A DNA stretch of 64,000 nt from Candidatus Nomurabacteria bacterium (lineage in GTDB: Bacteria; Patescibacteriota; Minisyncoccia; Phycocordibacterales; JAACPR01), in contig JACKFZ010000002.1 of assembly GCA_020632215.1 (NCBI GenBank), positions 8,701 to 72,700 of the forward strand, written 5' to 3'. A program made the position numbers and the translations under genes. Of this stretch, positions 19,568 to 28,973 are shown piece after piece; position 1 is the first letter of the stretch; each line of letters begins with the position of its first letter. The notes beneath the pieces were generated by a model. It ran no database searches. It was given only the letters and a program-made list of their open reading frames with translations, and was not told the DNA's origin.

Positions 19568-19814
19568 AGTATATCAAAAGTGCCTAAAGTTTCTCGGGAT
19601 TCCAGAACAATTCTGGAATGACAATAATCTTTCAAAGTCTAGAATTTGGTGCTTAGAATTTGTTTCGAATTTCGGATTTCGTACTTCGAATTTACACCTT
19701 TGTATTTTGTTATTTGTAATTTGCTTGGGATTTGCCTGCCCGCCGTAGCTTTGCTGTGCCATATGTAGCTTTAGCGAAGTATAGGCGTAGGAGGGGGATT
19801 TGTTTTTTTGAAAT

Positions 19815-20585
19815 CTATACTTTTGTGAGTATCTCTGGTCCATTCTCAGTCACCGCCACAGTGTGCTCAAACTGCGCCGCTATTGATCCGTCTTTAGTAA
19901 CAAAAGTAAAACCATCTCTAGCCAGCTTTATGTCGCCTCCTCCAAGTGAAAACATTGGTTCGATAGCAATGACTAAACCTTCTTCCATGACAACTCCTTC
20001 CCCTTTTCGTCCCTCATTAGGAACATATGGATCTTCATGAACAGCATAACCAACACCATGACCAGAAAGACCTTGTATGATACCAAAACCGTTGTCATGA
20101 GCCTGTTTTGCCACAGCAGAACCTATATCACCAATTTTATTACCAATACGAGCTTGCTTAACACCACTCGACAAAGCCTCTTTTGTTACTTGTAATAACC
20201 TCTTTGCTTCTAGAGAAATTTCTCCCACACCAATAGTAATAGCATGGTCCAAAAACATACCCTTATGAATCAAGCCACAATCTAGACCAACAATGTCGCC
20301 TTCTCGAATTTCTTTAGAATTAATAGCTGGCACACCATGAACAATTTCTTCATTTATCGAAACACAAAGAGTAGAAGGAAAACCTTTTTTTGTATTACTT
20401 GGTTTGTAGTCTAAAAAAGATGGCCTGTCTCCACCTTCAACTATTAGCTTGAAGGCAAGTTTGTCCAAATCTCCTGTCATTACGCCTGGCTTGCAAGCTT
20501 CAGCTATTTTCTGAAGTATCACGGCCAGTCTGCGACCACCTTCTCGCATTATCTCAATTTCTTCTTTTGTCTTTAGTTTTATCAT
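19815..20585 (-). CDS. map: Methionine aminopeptidase type I
   Basis: MIKLKTKEEIEIMREGGRRLA..., the HGIP-type metal-ligand regions, and a position downstream of secY. Confidence 0.9.
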   Translation of the reverse strand: MIKLKTKEEIEIMREGGRRLAVILQKIAEACKPGVMTGDLDKLAFKLIVEGGDRPSFLDYKPSNTKKGFPSTLCVSINEEIVHGVPAINSKEIREGDIVGLDCGLIHKGMFLDHAITIGVGEISLEAKRLLQVTKEALSSGVKQARIGNKIGDIGSAVAKQAHDNGFGIIQGLSGHGVGYAVHEDPYVPNEGRKGEGVVMEEGLVIAIEPMFSLGGGDIKLARDGFTFVTKDGSIAAQFEHTVAVTENGPEILTKV

Positions 20586-20587
20586 TT

Positions 20588-20670
20588 GATTAGTTAGTAG
20601 TAAATAGTAAATAGTTAGTAGAAAATTTCAAGTTTGGACCTATTTACTATTTACTATTTTCTAATACTCA
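20588..20670. repeat. Inverted-repeat element of TAGTAAA/TAGTTAG heptamer arrays (family A) between map and secY
   Basis: tagtagtaaatagtaaatagttagtag then an 18-nt spacer then cctatttactatttactatttt. This forms a long AT-rich hairpin. Confidence 0.8.
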
Positions 20671-21935
20671 CGCATTGAAACTTGCGCGTCTATTTTCTTT
20701 ATAAGATCAATCACAACAGATACAGCAATAAGCAGAGCTGTTCCTCCGATAGTTAGAGATGTGATACCAGAGAATCCTTGAACAATAATAGGCAGAACGG
20801 CGATGAAACCAAGAAATAAAGCCCCTACTAAAGTAATTCTAGTGATAACATTACCAATGTGTTTTGCTGTAGATTCACCAGGTCTAACACCAGGAATAAA
20901 GGCCCCGCTTCTTTGTAGATTCTTGGAAATAGTATCAGGATCAAATGTTACAGCTGTATAAAAGTATGTAAATAAGAATACTAAGACGAAGTATGCAATT
21001 CCATAATACAAAGTATTTTGAGTAACAGTGTTAATCCATCTCACTATTGTCTGCACAGTGTTGTTCTGAACAAAGACTAAGAAATTCGCAGCCATCTGTG
21101 GCAATAACAAAATAGACAGGGCAAAGATGATTGGAATAACTCCTGCTTGATTTACTCGTAAAGGCAAATATGTAGAAGTTCCTCCATATACTTTATCCCC
21201 TCTCATTTGTTTTGCGTAAGTAATAGGGATAGGTCTTTCAGCTTCTGTAATGATCACCACCCCAAAAATAATGATGAGGGCAACAATCAAAAATGCAATA
21301 TAGGTGGGAATCTGAGCAACATTGTAGTTCAACAGAACTTGTGATAGACCTTGTGGTAGCCCAGCCACGATACCTGAAAAGATGATCAGAGAAACTCCAT
21401 TACCAATACCAAATTCACTAATTAACTCTCCAATCCACATCAATAATAGTGATCCCGTTACAACAGCTACAATACTTGTAATCATTTGAAAATCAGAAAG
21501 ACCAGGAATAACACCTTGCTTTTGTAATAAAACGATAAAACTTACACCTTGAACAACAGCTAGAGGAACTGTTAAGTATCGAGAAAACATCATAAACTTT
21601 TTTCGTCCTGCTTCTCCTTCTTCATGATAGAGAGCCTTCAACTTATCTGACATCATAGTCAAAAGTTGCATGATAATAGACGATGTAATGTACGGAGCAA
21701 CTCCTAGCATCATTATAGAGATGTTAGACAATCCACCTCCAGAAAAAATATTCAAGAGACCGAAAAATTGATTACCTGAAAAGAATCTCTCTAATTGAAC
21801 ATGATCAACACCAGGGATAGGAATAGCAGCCAATAATCTAAAAACAAACAAAGCACCTAGAACAAAGAGGATTCTATTTCTCAACTTTTTATCTTTTAAA
21901 ATAAGTCTTAATTTTGAGATGAATGCATCAAACAT
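20661..21935 (-). CDS. secY: Preprotein translocase subunit SecY
   Basis: 424 aa with 10 TM helices. Typical SecY N-terminus (RNRILFVLGALFVFRL) and position after rplO. Confidence 0.9.
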   Translation of the reverse strand: MFDAFISKLRLILKDKKLRNRILFVLGALFVFRLLAAIPIPGVDHVQLERFFSGNQFFGLLNIFSGGGLSNISIMMLGVAPYITSSIIMQLLTMMSDKLKALYHEEGEAGRKKFMMFSRYLTVPLAVVQGVSFIVLLQKQGVIPGLSDFQMITSIVAVVTGSLLLMWIGELISEFGIGNGVSLIIFSGIVAGLPQGLSQVLLNYNVAQIPTYIAFLIVALIIIFGVVIITEAERPIPITYAKQMRGDKVYGGTSTYLPLRVNQAGVIPIIFALSILLLPQMAANFLVFVQNNTVQTIVRWINTVTQNTLYYGIAYFVLVFLFTYFYTAVTFDPDTISKNLQRSGAFIPGVRPGESTAKHIGNVITRITLVGALFLGFIAVLPIIVQGFSGITSLTIGGTALLIAVSVVIDLIKKIDAQVSMREY

Positions 21936-21966
21936 ATTTATATTCTACCCTTTTTTTAGGGAAACT

Positions 21967-22419
21967 TTACTTACTATCCACTACAATAGCTCCACCAGCC
22001 GCCTCAATCTTTGCCCTTGCAGGAGCAGAGACAATGCAATTTTCGATAGATAATTTCTTACTTAATTCACCATTACCAAGAATCTTAACTGCGGGAATCT
22101 TACCTCCCTGTCGCTTAACAAGCTTTTTTTCAAACAAAGTATTTGGAGAAACAACGTCTCCTACATTAAATAATGTATCTAAAGTAGAAACATTTACCAC
22201 TTCTGGTTTTGTTTGAATACTTGTGTTTCCATGCTTTCCTCTACCTCGAAGTTTTGGAAGTTTCTTAATCAGATCTCTAATATCAGGCCGAATGCCATGA
22301 CCTCCGTGTTGATGTTGTCCTTTGTGACCTCGTCCAGAAGTCTTTCCTCTTTTTCCTCCTCTACCAACTTGAATAGACTTCTTTCTTGGTGTATTTCTTT
22401 TTATTTGATTCATTTGCAT
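21967..22419 (-). CDS. rplO: 50S ribosomal protein L15
   Basis: The Gly/Arg-rich GRGGKRGKTSGRGHKGQ region is typical of L15. The start is placed at MQMNQ so that it does not overlap rpsE. No L30 gene lies between rpsE and rplO. Confidence 0.85.
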   Translation of the reverse strand: MQMNQIKRNTPRKKSIQVGRGGKRGKTSGRGHKGQHQHGGHGIRPDIRDLIKKLPKLRGRGKHGNTSIQTKPEVVNVSTLDTLFNVGDVVSPNTLFEKKLVKRQGGKIPAVKILGNGELSKKLSIENCIVSAPARAKIEAAGGAIVVDSK

Positions 22420-22420
22420 G

Positions 22421-23026
22421 TTATTTCTTTTCACTCTTAACATTGACCCTACTCCTATTTGGCTTTAATTGTGACAGAGCTTTGATAGTAGCTTTAGCAA
22501 TATTTAATTTATTCTTGCTACCAGATAGAATTTTTCCATTGATATTCTTTAGACCCACAAGTTCTACTACATCTCTCAATGCACTACCAGCAACGATTCC
22601 TCGTCCTGGTGCTGACTTTAGAACTACACAAGCACTAGAGTATTTTGCTTCAGTATCATGATTGATAGATCCATTAGTGTTTAATTCAAGCTTTAGCATG
22701 TCTTTTTTAGCATTCTTGACAGCCTTTTCAATAGCTAGAGAAGTATCACCAGCTTTTCCGACTCCAACACCGACCTTTCCTTTCTTATCACCAATAACGA
22801 TAGCAACACTAAAACTAAATCTCCGTCCTCCAGAAGATACTCGGGTTACTCTTCTAATATCTAAAATCTTTTGATCAAACTCTGATCTAGGAGCACCTTC
22901 TCTTCCCTTTCTTGGGTTTCTTTTATTCTTCTTGAATTCTCTCTGTCCTCCTCTAACAAAAGGCTTCTGTTCTTCAGAATTATTATTGCTTGTGTTGTTA
23001 TTATTTTTAATTTGATCTTCTGACAT
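22421..23026 (-). CDS. rpsE: 30S ribosomal protein S5 (with N-terminal N/S-rich extension)
   Basis: RVTRVSSGGRRFSFSVAIVIGDKKGKVGVGVGKAGDTSLAIEKA is the S5 core. Confidence 0.9.
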   Translation of the reverse strand: MSEDQIKNNNNTSNNNSEEQKPFVRGGQREFKKNKRNPRKGREGAPRSEFDQKILDIRRVTRVSSGGRRFSFSVAIVIGDKKGKVGVGVGKAGDTSLAIEKAVKNAKKDMLKLELNTNGSINHDTEAKYSSACVVLKSAPGRGIVAGSALRDVVELVGLKNINGKILSGSKNKLNIAKATIKALSQLKPNRSRVNVKSEKK

Positions 23027-23031
23027 ATTTC

Positions 23032-23376
23032 TTAAAATTTCAATCCAGCTTCTCTGGCTGCATCTGCTAAAGCCTTCACACTCCCTGCGTAAAGAAAGCC
23101 TCCTCTATCAAAGACAACCGAATCGATCTTTTTGGCTTTCAAAGCTTCTGCCACACTTTTACCTGTCTCAGAAGCTTTTTCTTTTGAAGTCTTAGCCTTT
23201 GATGTTTGAGAGTTAGCTGATGCTATAGTGACACCTTCATCATCATTTATAGCTTGAACATAAAGATACTTATTTGATCGAAAAACAGCCAGTCGTGGTC
23301 TAGAAGCAGTTCCATGAACTCTAGCTCTGATTCTGTTGTGTCTTTTTATTCTTTTTTCTGATTTTGAAATACTCAT
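23032..23376 (-). CDS. rplR: 50S ribosomal protein L18
   Basis: [18 protein letters not shown]... is the L18 signature. Confidence 0.9.
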   Translation of the reverse strand: MSISKSEKRIKRHNRIRARVHGTASRPRLAVFRSNKYLYVQAINDDEGVTIASANSQTSKAKTSKEKASETGKSVAEALKAKKIDSVVFDRGGFLYAGSVKALADAAREAGLKF

Positions 23377-23388
23377 ATTAACTTGTCA

Positions 23389-23922
23389 CTACACGGCTTT
23401 CTTTCCCTCTTTTCTTCTAATGACTTCGCCTGCATATCTGATTCCTTTCCCTTTGTATGGCTCAGGTTTCTTACGTGCTCGAACATTAGCAGCAAATTGT
23501 CCAACAGCTTCCTTATCACTTCCTGAAATAGTGATTGTATCTTTTTCAACAAGACACTTGATTTTTGGATCGACAGGTAACTCTACAGGATGAGAGAACC
23601 CGATACTCAATACTAACTTGTCTCCTTTCATCTCTGCTCTGTAACCAACACCTTCGATAATCAGCTTCTTTTCATAACCCTTAGTTACTCCTTCTACCAT
23701 ATTACCTAAATAAGAAGCATAAGTACCCCAAAGTGCCAATGTTTCTAATTTACTATCTCTGGGTGAAAGAATAACATTGTTATCCTCAATCTTAATATCC
23801 ACAACTGGTTTGTAAGCTAGGTTTAGTTCTCCTAATGGACCTTTAACATTAACAAGCCCTTCTGCAATATTAACTTCAGTTTTATCAGGAATAGCTATTG
23901 GTTTTTTTCCGACTCGTGACAT
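23389..23922 (-). CDS. rplF: 50S ribosomal protein L6
   Basis: MSRVGKKPIAIPDKTEV... The start at MSRVG avoids an overlap with rpsH. Confidence 0.9.
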   Translation of the reverse strand: MSRVGKKPIAIPDKTEVNIAEGLVNVKGPLGELNLAYKPVVDIKIEDNNVILSPRDSKLETLALWGTYASYLGNMVEGVTKGYEKKLIIEGVGYRAEMKGDKLVLSIGFSHPVELPVDPKIKCLVEKDTITISGSDKEAVGQFAANVRARKKPEPYKGKGIRYAGEVIRRKEGKKAV

Positions 23923-23930
23923 AATCTTTA

Positions 23931-24323
23931 TTACCAAATTTCAAATAAAATTTCTCCACCCACTTTTGCTTTCTTCGCTTCTCGATCTGACATTACTCCT
24001 TGTGGTGTTGAGATAACAGATATCCCGTAATTATTCTTGACTGGGAAAATATCTTTTATTCCTTTGTAGATTCTTCTAGAGAATTTTGAAACTCTTCTAA
24101 CGCCGTGAATTGCAGGAACTCCAGCTTCATATTTTAGACTAACGTCTAAATGCTTTTTCACATCCTTACCCTTCACTTCAAAGTCAGAGATGAATCCTTC
24201 TTTTTTCAAAACAGAAAGAATATTTTCTTTTAGTTTTGAATAAGGCGCAGAAAAAATATCTTTCTTTCCTATAGAAGCATTCTTAAGGCCATTTATCAGA
24301 TTTGCAATTGGATCACCTACCAT
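23931..24323 (-). CDS. rpsH: 30S ribosomal protein S8
   Basis: [21 protein letters not shown]... is the S8 N-terminus. Confidence 0.9.
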   Translation of the reverse strand: MVGDPIANLINGLKNASIGKKDIFSAPYSKLKENILSVLKKEGFISDFEVKGKDVKKHLDVSLKYEAGVPAIHGVRRVSKFSRRIYKGIKDIFPVKNNYGISVISTPQGVMSDREAKKAKVGGEILFEIW

Positions 24324-24502
24324 GAAGATTTCTTTATTCCAGGGATTTTCCCGTCGTTAGCTAATTCTCTAAAACAAATTCGGCACATATCAAAATCTCG
24401 CATATATGCCTTTTTTCGACCACATTTAAAACATCTTCGAACCACTCGGCTCTTAAATTTTGGTGTGCGTGTAGCACGAACTTTTACTGATGTTTTTGCC
24501 AT
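24317..24502 (-). CDS. rpsZ: 30S ribosomal protein S14 type Z (zinc-binding)
   Basis: 61 aa with a CxxC...CxxC pattern ([20 protein letters not shown]). Confidence 0.9.
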   Translation of the reverse strand: MAKTSVKVRATRTPKFKSRVVRRCFKCGRKKAYMRDFDMCRICFRELANDGKIPGIKKSSW

Positions 24503-24642
24503 GATTTATATGCTTCAAGCTATCTATTTTGCAACAAAAAAAGACTAAAAATTAGCCTGAATTTAAAAGCTAATAGCTTGTTTTAGCGTTGGCATATACT
24601 ATCAAGAGAGCCGCAGGAAGTCAATAGGATTTTGGGTTTAAC

Positions 24643-24876
24643 TTAAAGGGTTTTTTGGAAGAAAATCGGAAGTAGTAGATAGCATACTAAAACAACCCAC
24701 AACCATATCTCTTGAGGTTTACTTAGCAATGAAAAAACTATAAAAAATGCCTGCAGACCAACATAAACAAAATGATACCAGCCAATTAGGTTCAATTTTC
24801 TACTATTAGAAAACATCCAGTTATTTGAAGACTTAAAGCGATTGATATAAACAAAATAAATAGCCCAAATTACCAA
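24643..24876 (-). CDS. Small hydrophobic membrane ORF, hypothetical
   Basis: 77-aa hydrophobic ORF. The reading frame stays open further upstream without an ATG. It is part of the insertion between rplE and rpsZ. Confidence 0.25.
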   Translation of the reverse strand: MVIWAIYFVYINRFKSSNNWMFSNSRKLNLIGWYHFVYVGLQAFFIVFSLLSKPQEIWLWVVLVCYLLLPIFFQKTL

Positions 24877-25089
24877 GGCCAGAATTATACTTAGCCAGAT
24901 ATTATTCAGATTATTGAAAATACCATAATGAACAGCTAATCAAAAATAGGAAGAAATATAGTATCGCCAATAGCGCCAGTTAAGTTAGATGGAAAAGTAC
25001 CTTGTTTTTTATAAAAGTGAGTATAAGTCCAATATACAAATGGACTAACAAGCCAAGTCACTATTTACAGCTAATAATATATTCATAGA

Positions 25090-25320
25090 CTAAATATTCT
25101 TTCTCAACCTGTTATATTCGTCAACCGAAATATTGCAGTCATTCAAAATCTTTCTCAAAAGACCACGACTTATATCTGTTTTTTTCATTGGAATAACAGT
25201 GGTTCTTCCATCTTTGTGAGCAAGAAAAATATGAGATCCTTCTGCATCTCTTTCTTCAAAACCTAACTTTATCAATATTTTCTTGAGCTTTAATGGCTTT
25301 ATTAAAGCAAGTTTAGGCAT
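25090..25320 (-). CDS. hicA: HicA-family toxin (mRNA interferase, YcfA-like)
   Basis: KKILIKLGFEERDAEGSHIFLAHKDGRTTVIPMKKTDISRGLLRKILND matches the HicA G-SH...G..vtvP.H motif. It overlaps hicB by 8 nt. Confidence 0.75.
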   Translation of the reverse strand: MPKLALIKPLKLKKILIKLGFEERDAEGSHIFLAHKDGRTTVIPMKKTDISRGLLRKILNDCNISVDEYNRLRKNI

Positions 25321-25558
25321 TTTTTAGAGTAATATTTTGGATACCGACGAAGGTGTTTATTTTCGTTTTCTTTTGATTTCTCAAACAAAGCTTAGCAACT
25401 TGTTCTAGATTTTTTAACATCTCAACTTGAGTCTTACCCTCCGCATAGCAAGACTGAAGTGTGGGAATAGAACCGACAAAGACTCCGTCTTCGTCTTTTT
25501 CAATATAGACTACCAAGTTATTTAGCCTCTGTTTTTTCATTATTTCCGATATTAACAT
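25313..25558 (-). CDS. hicB: HicB-family antitoxin (UPF0150-like)
   Basis: YIEKDEDGVFVGSIPTLQSCYAEGKTQVEMLKNLEQVAKLCL fits the HicB N-domain pattern (EkdedGgy.v..Pdlpgc.tqGdT.eEA..na.eal). Confidence 0.65.
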   Translation of the reverse strand: MLISEIMKKQRLNNLVVYIEKDEDGVFVGSIPTLQSCYAEGKTQVEMLKNLEQVAKLCLRNQKKTKINTFVGIQNITLKNA

Positions 25559-25610
25559 AAATTATGAAGGAATTCTATTTTTAAAATAATCTGCAAACTA
25601 TAGCAAAATG

Positions 25611-25640
25611 AAAAAACCCAGCACCACACAGGGTGCTGGG
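25611..25640 (-). terminator. Rho-independent terminator after rplE
   Basis: The minus-strand transcript reads cccagcaccctgtgtggtgctggg followed by ttttttcatttt. It lies 15 nt after the rplE stop and separates rplE from the hicBA/rpsZ segment. Confidence 0.55.
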
Positions 25641-25654
25641 AAGAAATTAAAATC

Positions 25655-26191
25655 TTACTTCTTAAAAGGAAATCCCAACAACTTTAGAAAAGCTTCTGTT
25701 TCTACCTTAGTCTTTGAAGTAGTAACCACAGTTACTGCCATTCCAAAAACATCTTTTAGATCTTCGTCGGCTGTTTCAGGGAAAATAGTATTTTCTCTAA
25801 TGCCTAGAGTATAGTTACCCATCTCATCAACTCCTGACAAATTAATACCTCTAAAGTCTCTAGTTCGTGGCAAAGCAATATTTACTAGTCTATCTAGAAA
25901 ATCATACATTCTCTCCCCTCTTAGAGTCACTTGATATCCAGAAATCTGTCCTTCTCTCACCTTGAAGGTTGCAATTGATTTTTTAGCTGGTCGCAGTGAA
26001 GGTTTTTGTCCGGTGATAACTGCTAGTTTTTCTGGAATCAGTTCTACTTTTCTTTTATCAGTCTTGATTTTTCCAACACCTGTAGAAACAACAACCTTAG
26101 TTAGCCTAGGTGCTTGCATAACATTCTTATAGCTAAATTGATCTTTTAGTTTTTCAAATGCTTTCTTTTGTTTATCTTTTATTCTTTCCAT
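25655..26191 (-). CDS. rplE: 50S ribosomal protein L5
   Basis: MERIKDKQKKAFEKLKDQFSYKNVMQAPRLTKVVVSTGVG... is typical L5. Confidence 0.9.
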   Translation of the reverse strand: MERIKDKQKKAFEKLKDQFSYKNVMQAPRLTKVVVSTGVGKIKTDKRKVELIPEKLAVITGQKPSLRPAKKSIATFKVREGQISGYQVTLRGERMYDFLDRLVNIALPRTRDFRGINLSGVDEMGNYTLGIRENTIFPETADEDLKDVFGMAVTVVTTSKTKVETEAFLKLLGFPFKK

Positions 26192-26197
26192 AATATT

Positions 26198-26500
26198 TTA
26201 AATTTCTTCTCCACTTTTAACAGAGACTCGAACCTTTTTACCGTTAACCACCTTTGAGCTCAACCTTGTAGCTTTTCCGCTCTTATCCATCAAAGCAACG
26301 TTTGAAACATGAATAGGAAGTGTTCGATCTATGATTTCTCCCGCCTTTCCTTGTTGTCTGCTCTTTTGATGTTTCTTAACAACGTTTACACCTTCAACAA
26401 TCACCTTATCTAAGCTCGGTAAAGAACGTAACACTTTCCCAGTCTTTCCTTTATCTTTTCCTGCTAGCACTATTACATTGTCGCCTTTCTTGATTTTCAT
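26198..26500 (-). CDS. rplX: 50S ribosomal protein L24
   Basis: MKIKKGDNVIVLAGKDKGKTGKV... has the KOW motif. Confidence 0.9.
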   Translation of the reverse strand: MKIKKGDNVIVLAGKDKGKTGKVLRSLPSLDKVIVEGVNVVKKHQKSRQQGKAGEIIDRTLPIHVSNVALMDKSGKATRLSSKVVNGKKVRVSVKSGEEI

Positions 26501-26517
26501 GATATTGCAAATAATTT

Positions 26518-26889
26518 TTATATAACTTCAGGTGCTAATGAAATTATCTTCTGATAACCTTTTTCTTGTAACTCTCTTGGTACTGGGCCAAAAACACGGT
26601 TAGCAATTGGTTCACCTTTTGTTTTGTCTATAATGATAACAGAGTTATCGTCAAAGCGAATATATGAACCATCTTTTCTTCTAAAAGGTTTCTTTTGCCT
26701 AACCACCACAGCTCGTAAAACATCTTTCTTTTTTACTTGCTTTCGAGGTTCTGCTTTTTGTACAGACAAAACTACAATATCGCCGATTTCGGCGTATCGT
26801 TTTTTTGAAGAGCCAAGAACTTTGAAAATTCTTCCTATTTTTGCTCCTGAGTTATCTGTGATTGTAACAATTGTTTGTGGTTGAATCAT
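26518..26889 (-). CDS. rplN: 50S ribosomal protein L14
   Basis: MIQPQTIVTITDNSGAKIGRIFKVLG... Confidence 0.9.
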   Translation of the reverse strand: MIQPQTIVTITDNSGAKIGRIFKVLGSSKKRYAEIGDIVVLSVQKAEPRKQVKKKDVLRAVVVRQKKPFRRKDGSYIRFDDNSVIIIDKTKGEPIANRVFGPVPRELQEKGYQKIISLAPEVI

Positions 26890-26893
26890 AAGC

Positions 26894-27157
26894 CTATTTT
26901 GACACTATAAAATGTTTTGTTTTTGAAAGTGGTTTACACTCTTTGATCTCGACCTTGTCTCCCACTTTGCAAGTATTACCTTCATCGTGAGCTTTATACT
27001 TCTTCACTCTTGTGATGAATTTACCATACTTTGCATGCTTGAAATATCTAGATACTGCAACAACAATAGTGTCCTTCATTTTGTCAGACACAACAACACC
27101 ATTAAGAACTTTTCCTTTTGCTGTGTTTGTATTCTTTTCTGTTGTTTCTTTTTTCAT
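26894..27157 (-). CDS. rpsQ: 30S ribosomal protein S17
   Basis: GKVLNGVVVSDKMKDTIVVAVSRYFKHAKYGKFITRVKKYKAHDE. Confidence 0.9.
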   Translation of the reverse strand: MKKETTEKNTNTAKGKVLNGVVVSDKMKDTIVVAVSRYFKHAKYGKFITRVKKYKAHDEGNTCKVGDKVEIKECKPLSKTKHFIVSK

Positions 27158-27161
27158 AAAA

Positions 27162-27353
27162 TTATTTTTCTTTTCTTGAATTTAGCTCTGTCTCTATTCT
27201 AGCGATATCTCTTCTGATGTTTTTCCCGTCTTTGATATCTCTAGTCTTACTTCCTGAAAGTCCAAATCTGAAATGTCTCAAATCTTCTCTTTTTTCCTTC
27301 AGTTCCTTGAGCAGGTCAACTTCATTCTTTTTTTCTAAATTTTTTACAGTCAT
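27162..27353 (-). CDS. rpmC: 50S ribosomal protein L29
   Basis: 63 aa, LLKELKEKREDLRHFRF. Confidence 0.85.
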   Translation of the reverse strand: MTVKNLEKKNEVDLLKELKEKREDLRHFRFGLSGSKTRDIKDGKNIRRDIARIETELNSRKEK

Positions 27354-27370
27354 GATACTTTACTTAAAAT

Positions 27371-27793
27371 TTAATCTCTTGCAACTACCTTAGTCTTTAT
27401 GGGCAATTTTGTACCAGCCTTTCTCAAAGCCTCTCTAGCAACTGTATCTGCCACTCCATCTATTTCAAAAATAATTCGACCTGGTCTAACTTCAAAAACA
27501 TACCCTTGTGGATCACCTTTACCTTTACCCATTTTTACTTCGGCAGGCTTCTTTGTAAAAGGTCGGTCAGGGAAAATTCTAATCCAAGAACGTCCTGTCT
27601 TGCCCATATATCGTGACATAGCTCGTCTAGCAGCTTCGATCTGATTTGAAGTAACTCTCTTTGCTGTAGTAGCTTTCAAACCATGAGAACCAAAAGACAA
27701 AGTTACTCCTCTAGTTTCTGGTCGTGTAAATTTAGCTGGGTTCTTTCGCCCTGTTTGCCATTTTCTATGTTGTACTTTTTTTGGGAATAACAT
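27371..27793 (-). CDS. rplP: 50S ribosomal protein L16
   Basis: MLFPKKVQHRKWQTGRKNP... Confidence 0.9.
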   Translation of the reverse strand: MLFPKKVQHRKWQTGRKNPAKFTRPETRGVTLSFGSHGLKATTAKRVTSNQIEAARRAMSRYMGKTGRSWIRIFPDRPFTKKPAEVKMGKGKGDPQGYVFEVRPGRIIFEIDGVADTVAREALRKAGTKLPIKTKVVARD

Positions 27794-27811
27794 AAGCCTT
27801 TCTTATTAAAA

Positions 27812-28480
27812 TTATTTGGTATCGTTTTCAAAAACTTCTCCTCTATAAATCCAAACCTTAATACCAAGAGTTCCTTGGGGTATCTTTGCCCTTTCTCTTG
27901 CAAAATCGATATCAGCTCGGAAAGTTTGCAGAGGAATCCGACCTTTCTTCAATTCCTCGGTTCGGGCCATATCAGCCCCATTCAAACGACCTCCGATTCT
28001 GATTCTGACTCCTTCTACATCCCTGTTCGCCATAACCTTATCGACCATTTGCTTTAACACGCGTCTAAAAGGCATTCTTTTTTGTAAAGCATCCTTAACC
28101 ATAAGAGCCACCAACTGAGCATTACTCTCTGGTGATTTGACTTCCTCAATATCAATTTTTAGTTCTACATTTTCTAAAACTAAACCTTTCTTATTCAAAA
28201 GTCTTTGTATGTCAGTTCGAAGTTTGACTGCCCCTTCTCCACTTCTTCCGATGATTAGACCTGGTCTTGAAGTCTTGATAACAATTCTAAGCATTGAATC
28301 GTTTCTTTCGATTTCAATATCAGCAACATGCATGTCAGCTAGCTTCTTGGCTAGATATTCTCGTAGAAGAATATCTCCTTTTAGATAATCTCTATATTTT
28401 TTATTATCACCAAACCAACGAGATTTCCACTCTCTTAAAATTCCTAATCTATGTGAATATGGGTGAACTGTGTGTGACAT
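27812..28480 (-). CDS. rpsC: 30S ribosomal protein S3
   Basis: MSHTVHPYSHRLGILREWKSRWF... plus KH-domain region. Confidence 0.9.
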   Translation of the reverse strand: MSHTVHPYSHRLGILREWKSRWFGDNKKYRDYLKGDILLREYLAKKLADMHVADIEIERNDSMLRIVIKTSRPGLIIGRSGEGAVKLRTDIQRLLNKKGLVLENVELKIDIEEVKSPESNAQLVALMVKDALQKRMPFRRVLKQMVDKVMANRDVEGVRIRIGGRLNGADMARTEELKKGRIPLQTFRADIDFARERAKIPQGTLGIKVWIYRGEVFENDTK

Positions 28481-28482
28481 AA

Positions 28483-28968
28483 TTATTTCTTATTATTTTT
28501 AGTCTTAGTCTTAGAAGACATCGTCTTTTTTGCTTTTGAGACAGGTTTTTTAGTAGTTGTTTTTACTTTAGTTTCTTCCTTTTTTGGTAAATCAGCCTTT
28601 GATGACTCTTTCTTATTCTTAGCAGATTTTTTTACTCCTTTTTTTGAATCCAAAATAACAGTAACAATACTAGTCCTTTTGTTTATTGGAAAAGCCGCAC
28701 CTCGCGCACGAGGTCTCCATCTTTTAATAGTGTATCCTTCATCGACTGTAATAGTCTTGATAAAAAGATCTGTAGAATCCATTCCGAAGTTGTTGGTTGC
28801 ATTTGCTTTTGCAGATTCAATCAACTTTTGCAGAGGAAGAGCCGATCTCTTAGCAATGAATTGAAGGTTGGTAATAGCAGTATCAACTTTCTTACCACGC
28901 AAAGCATTCGCAACAAGTCTAACTTTACGTGCTGATTGTCTATAATTTTTTAATACTGCTTTAACCAT
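28483..28968 (-). CDS. rplV: 50S ribosomal protein L22 with Lys-rich C-terminal extension
   Basis: RQSARKVRLVANALRGKKVDTAITNLQF..., followed by a K-rich tail. Confidence 0.9.
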   Translation of the reverse strand: MVKAVLKNYRQSARKVRLVANALRGKKVDTAITNLQFIAKRSALPLQKLIESAKANATNNFGMDSTDLFIKTITVDEGYTIKRWRPRARGAAFPINKRTSIVTVILDSKKGVKKSAKNKKESSKADLPKKEETKVKTTTKKPVSKAKKTMSSKTKTKNNKK

Positions 28969-28973
28969 AATAT

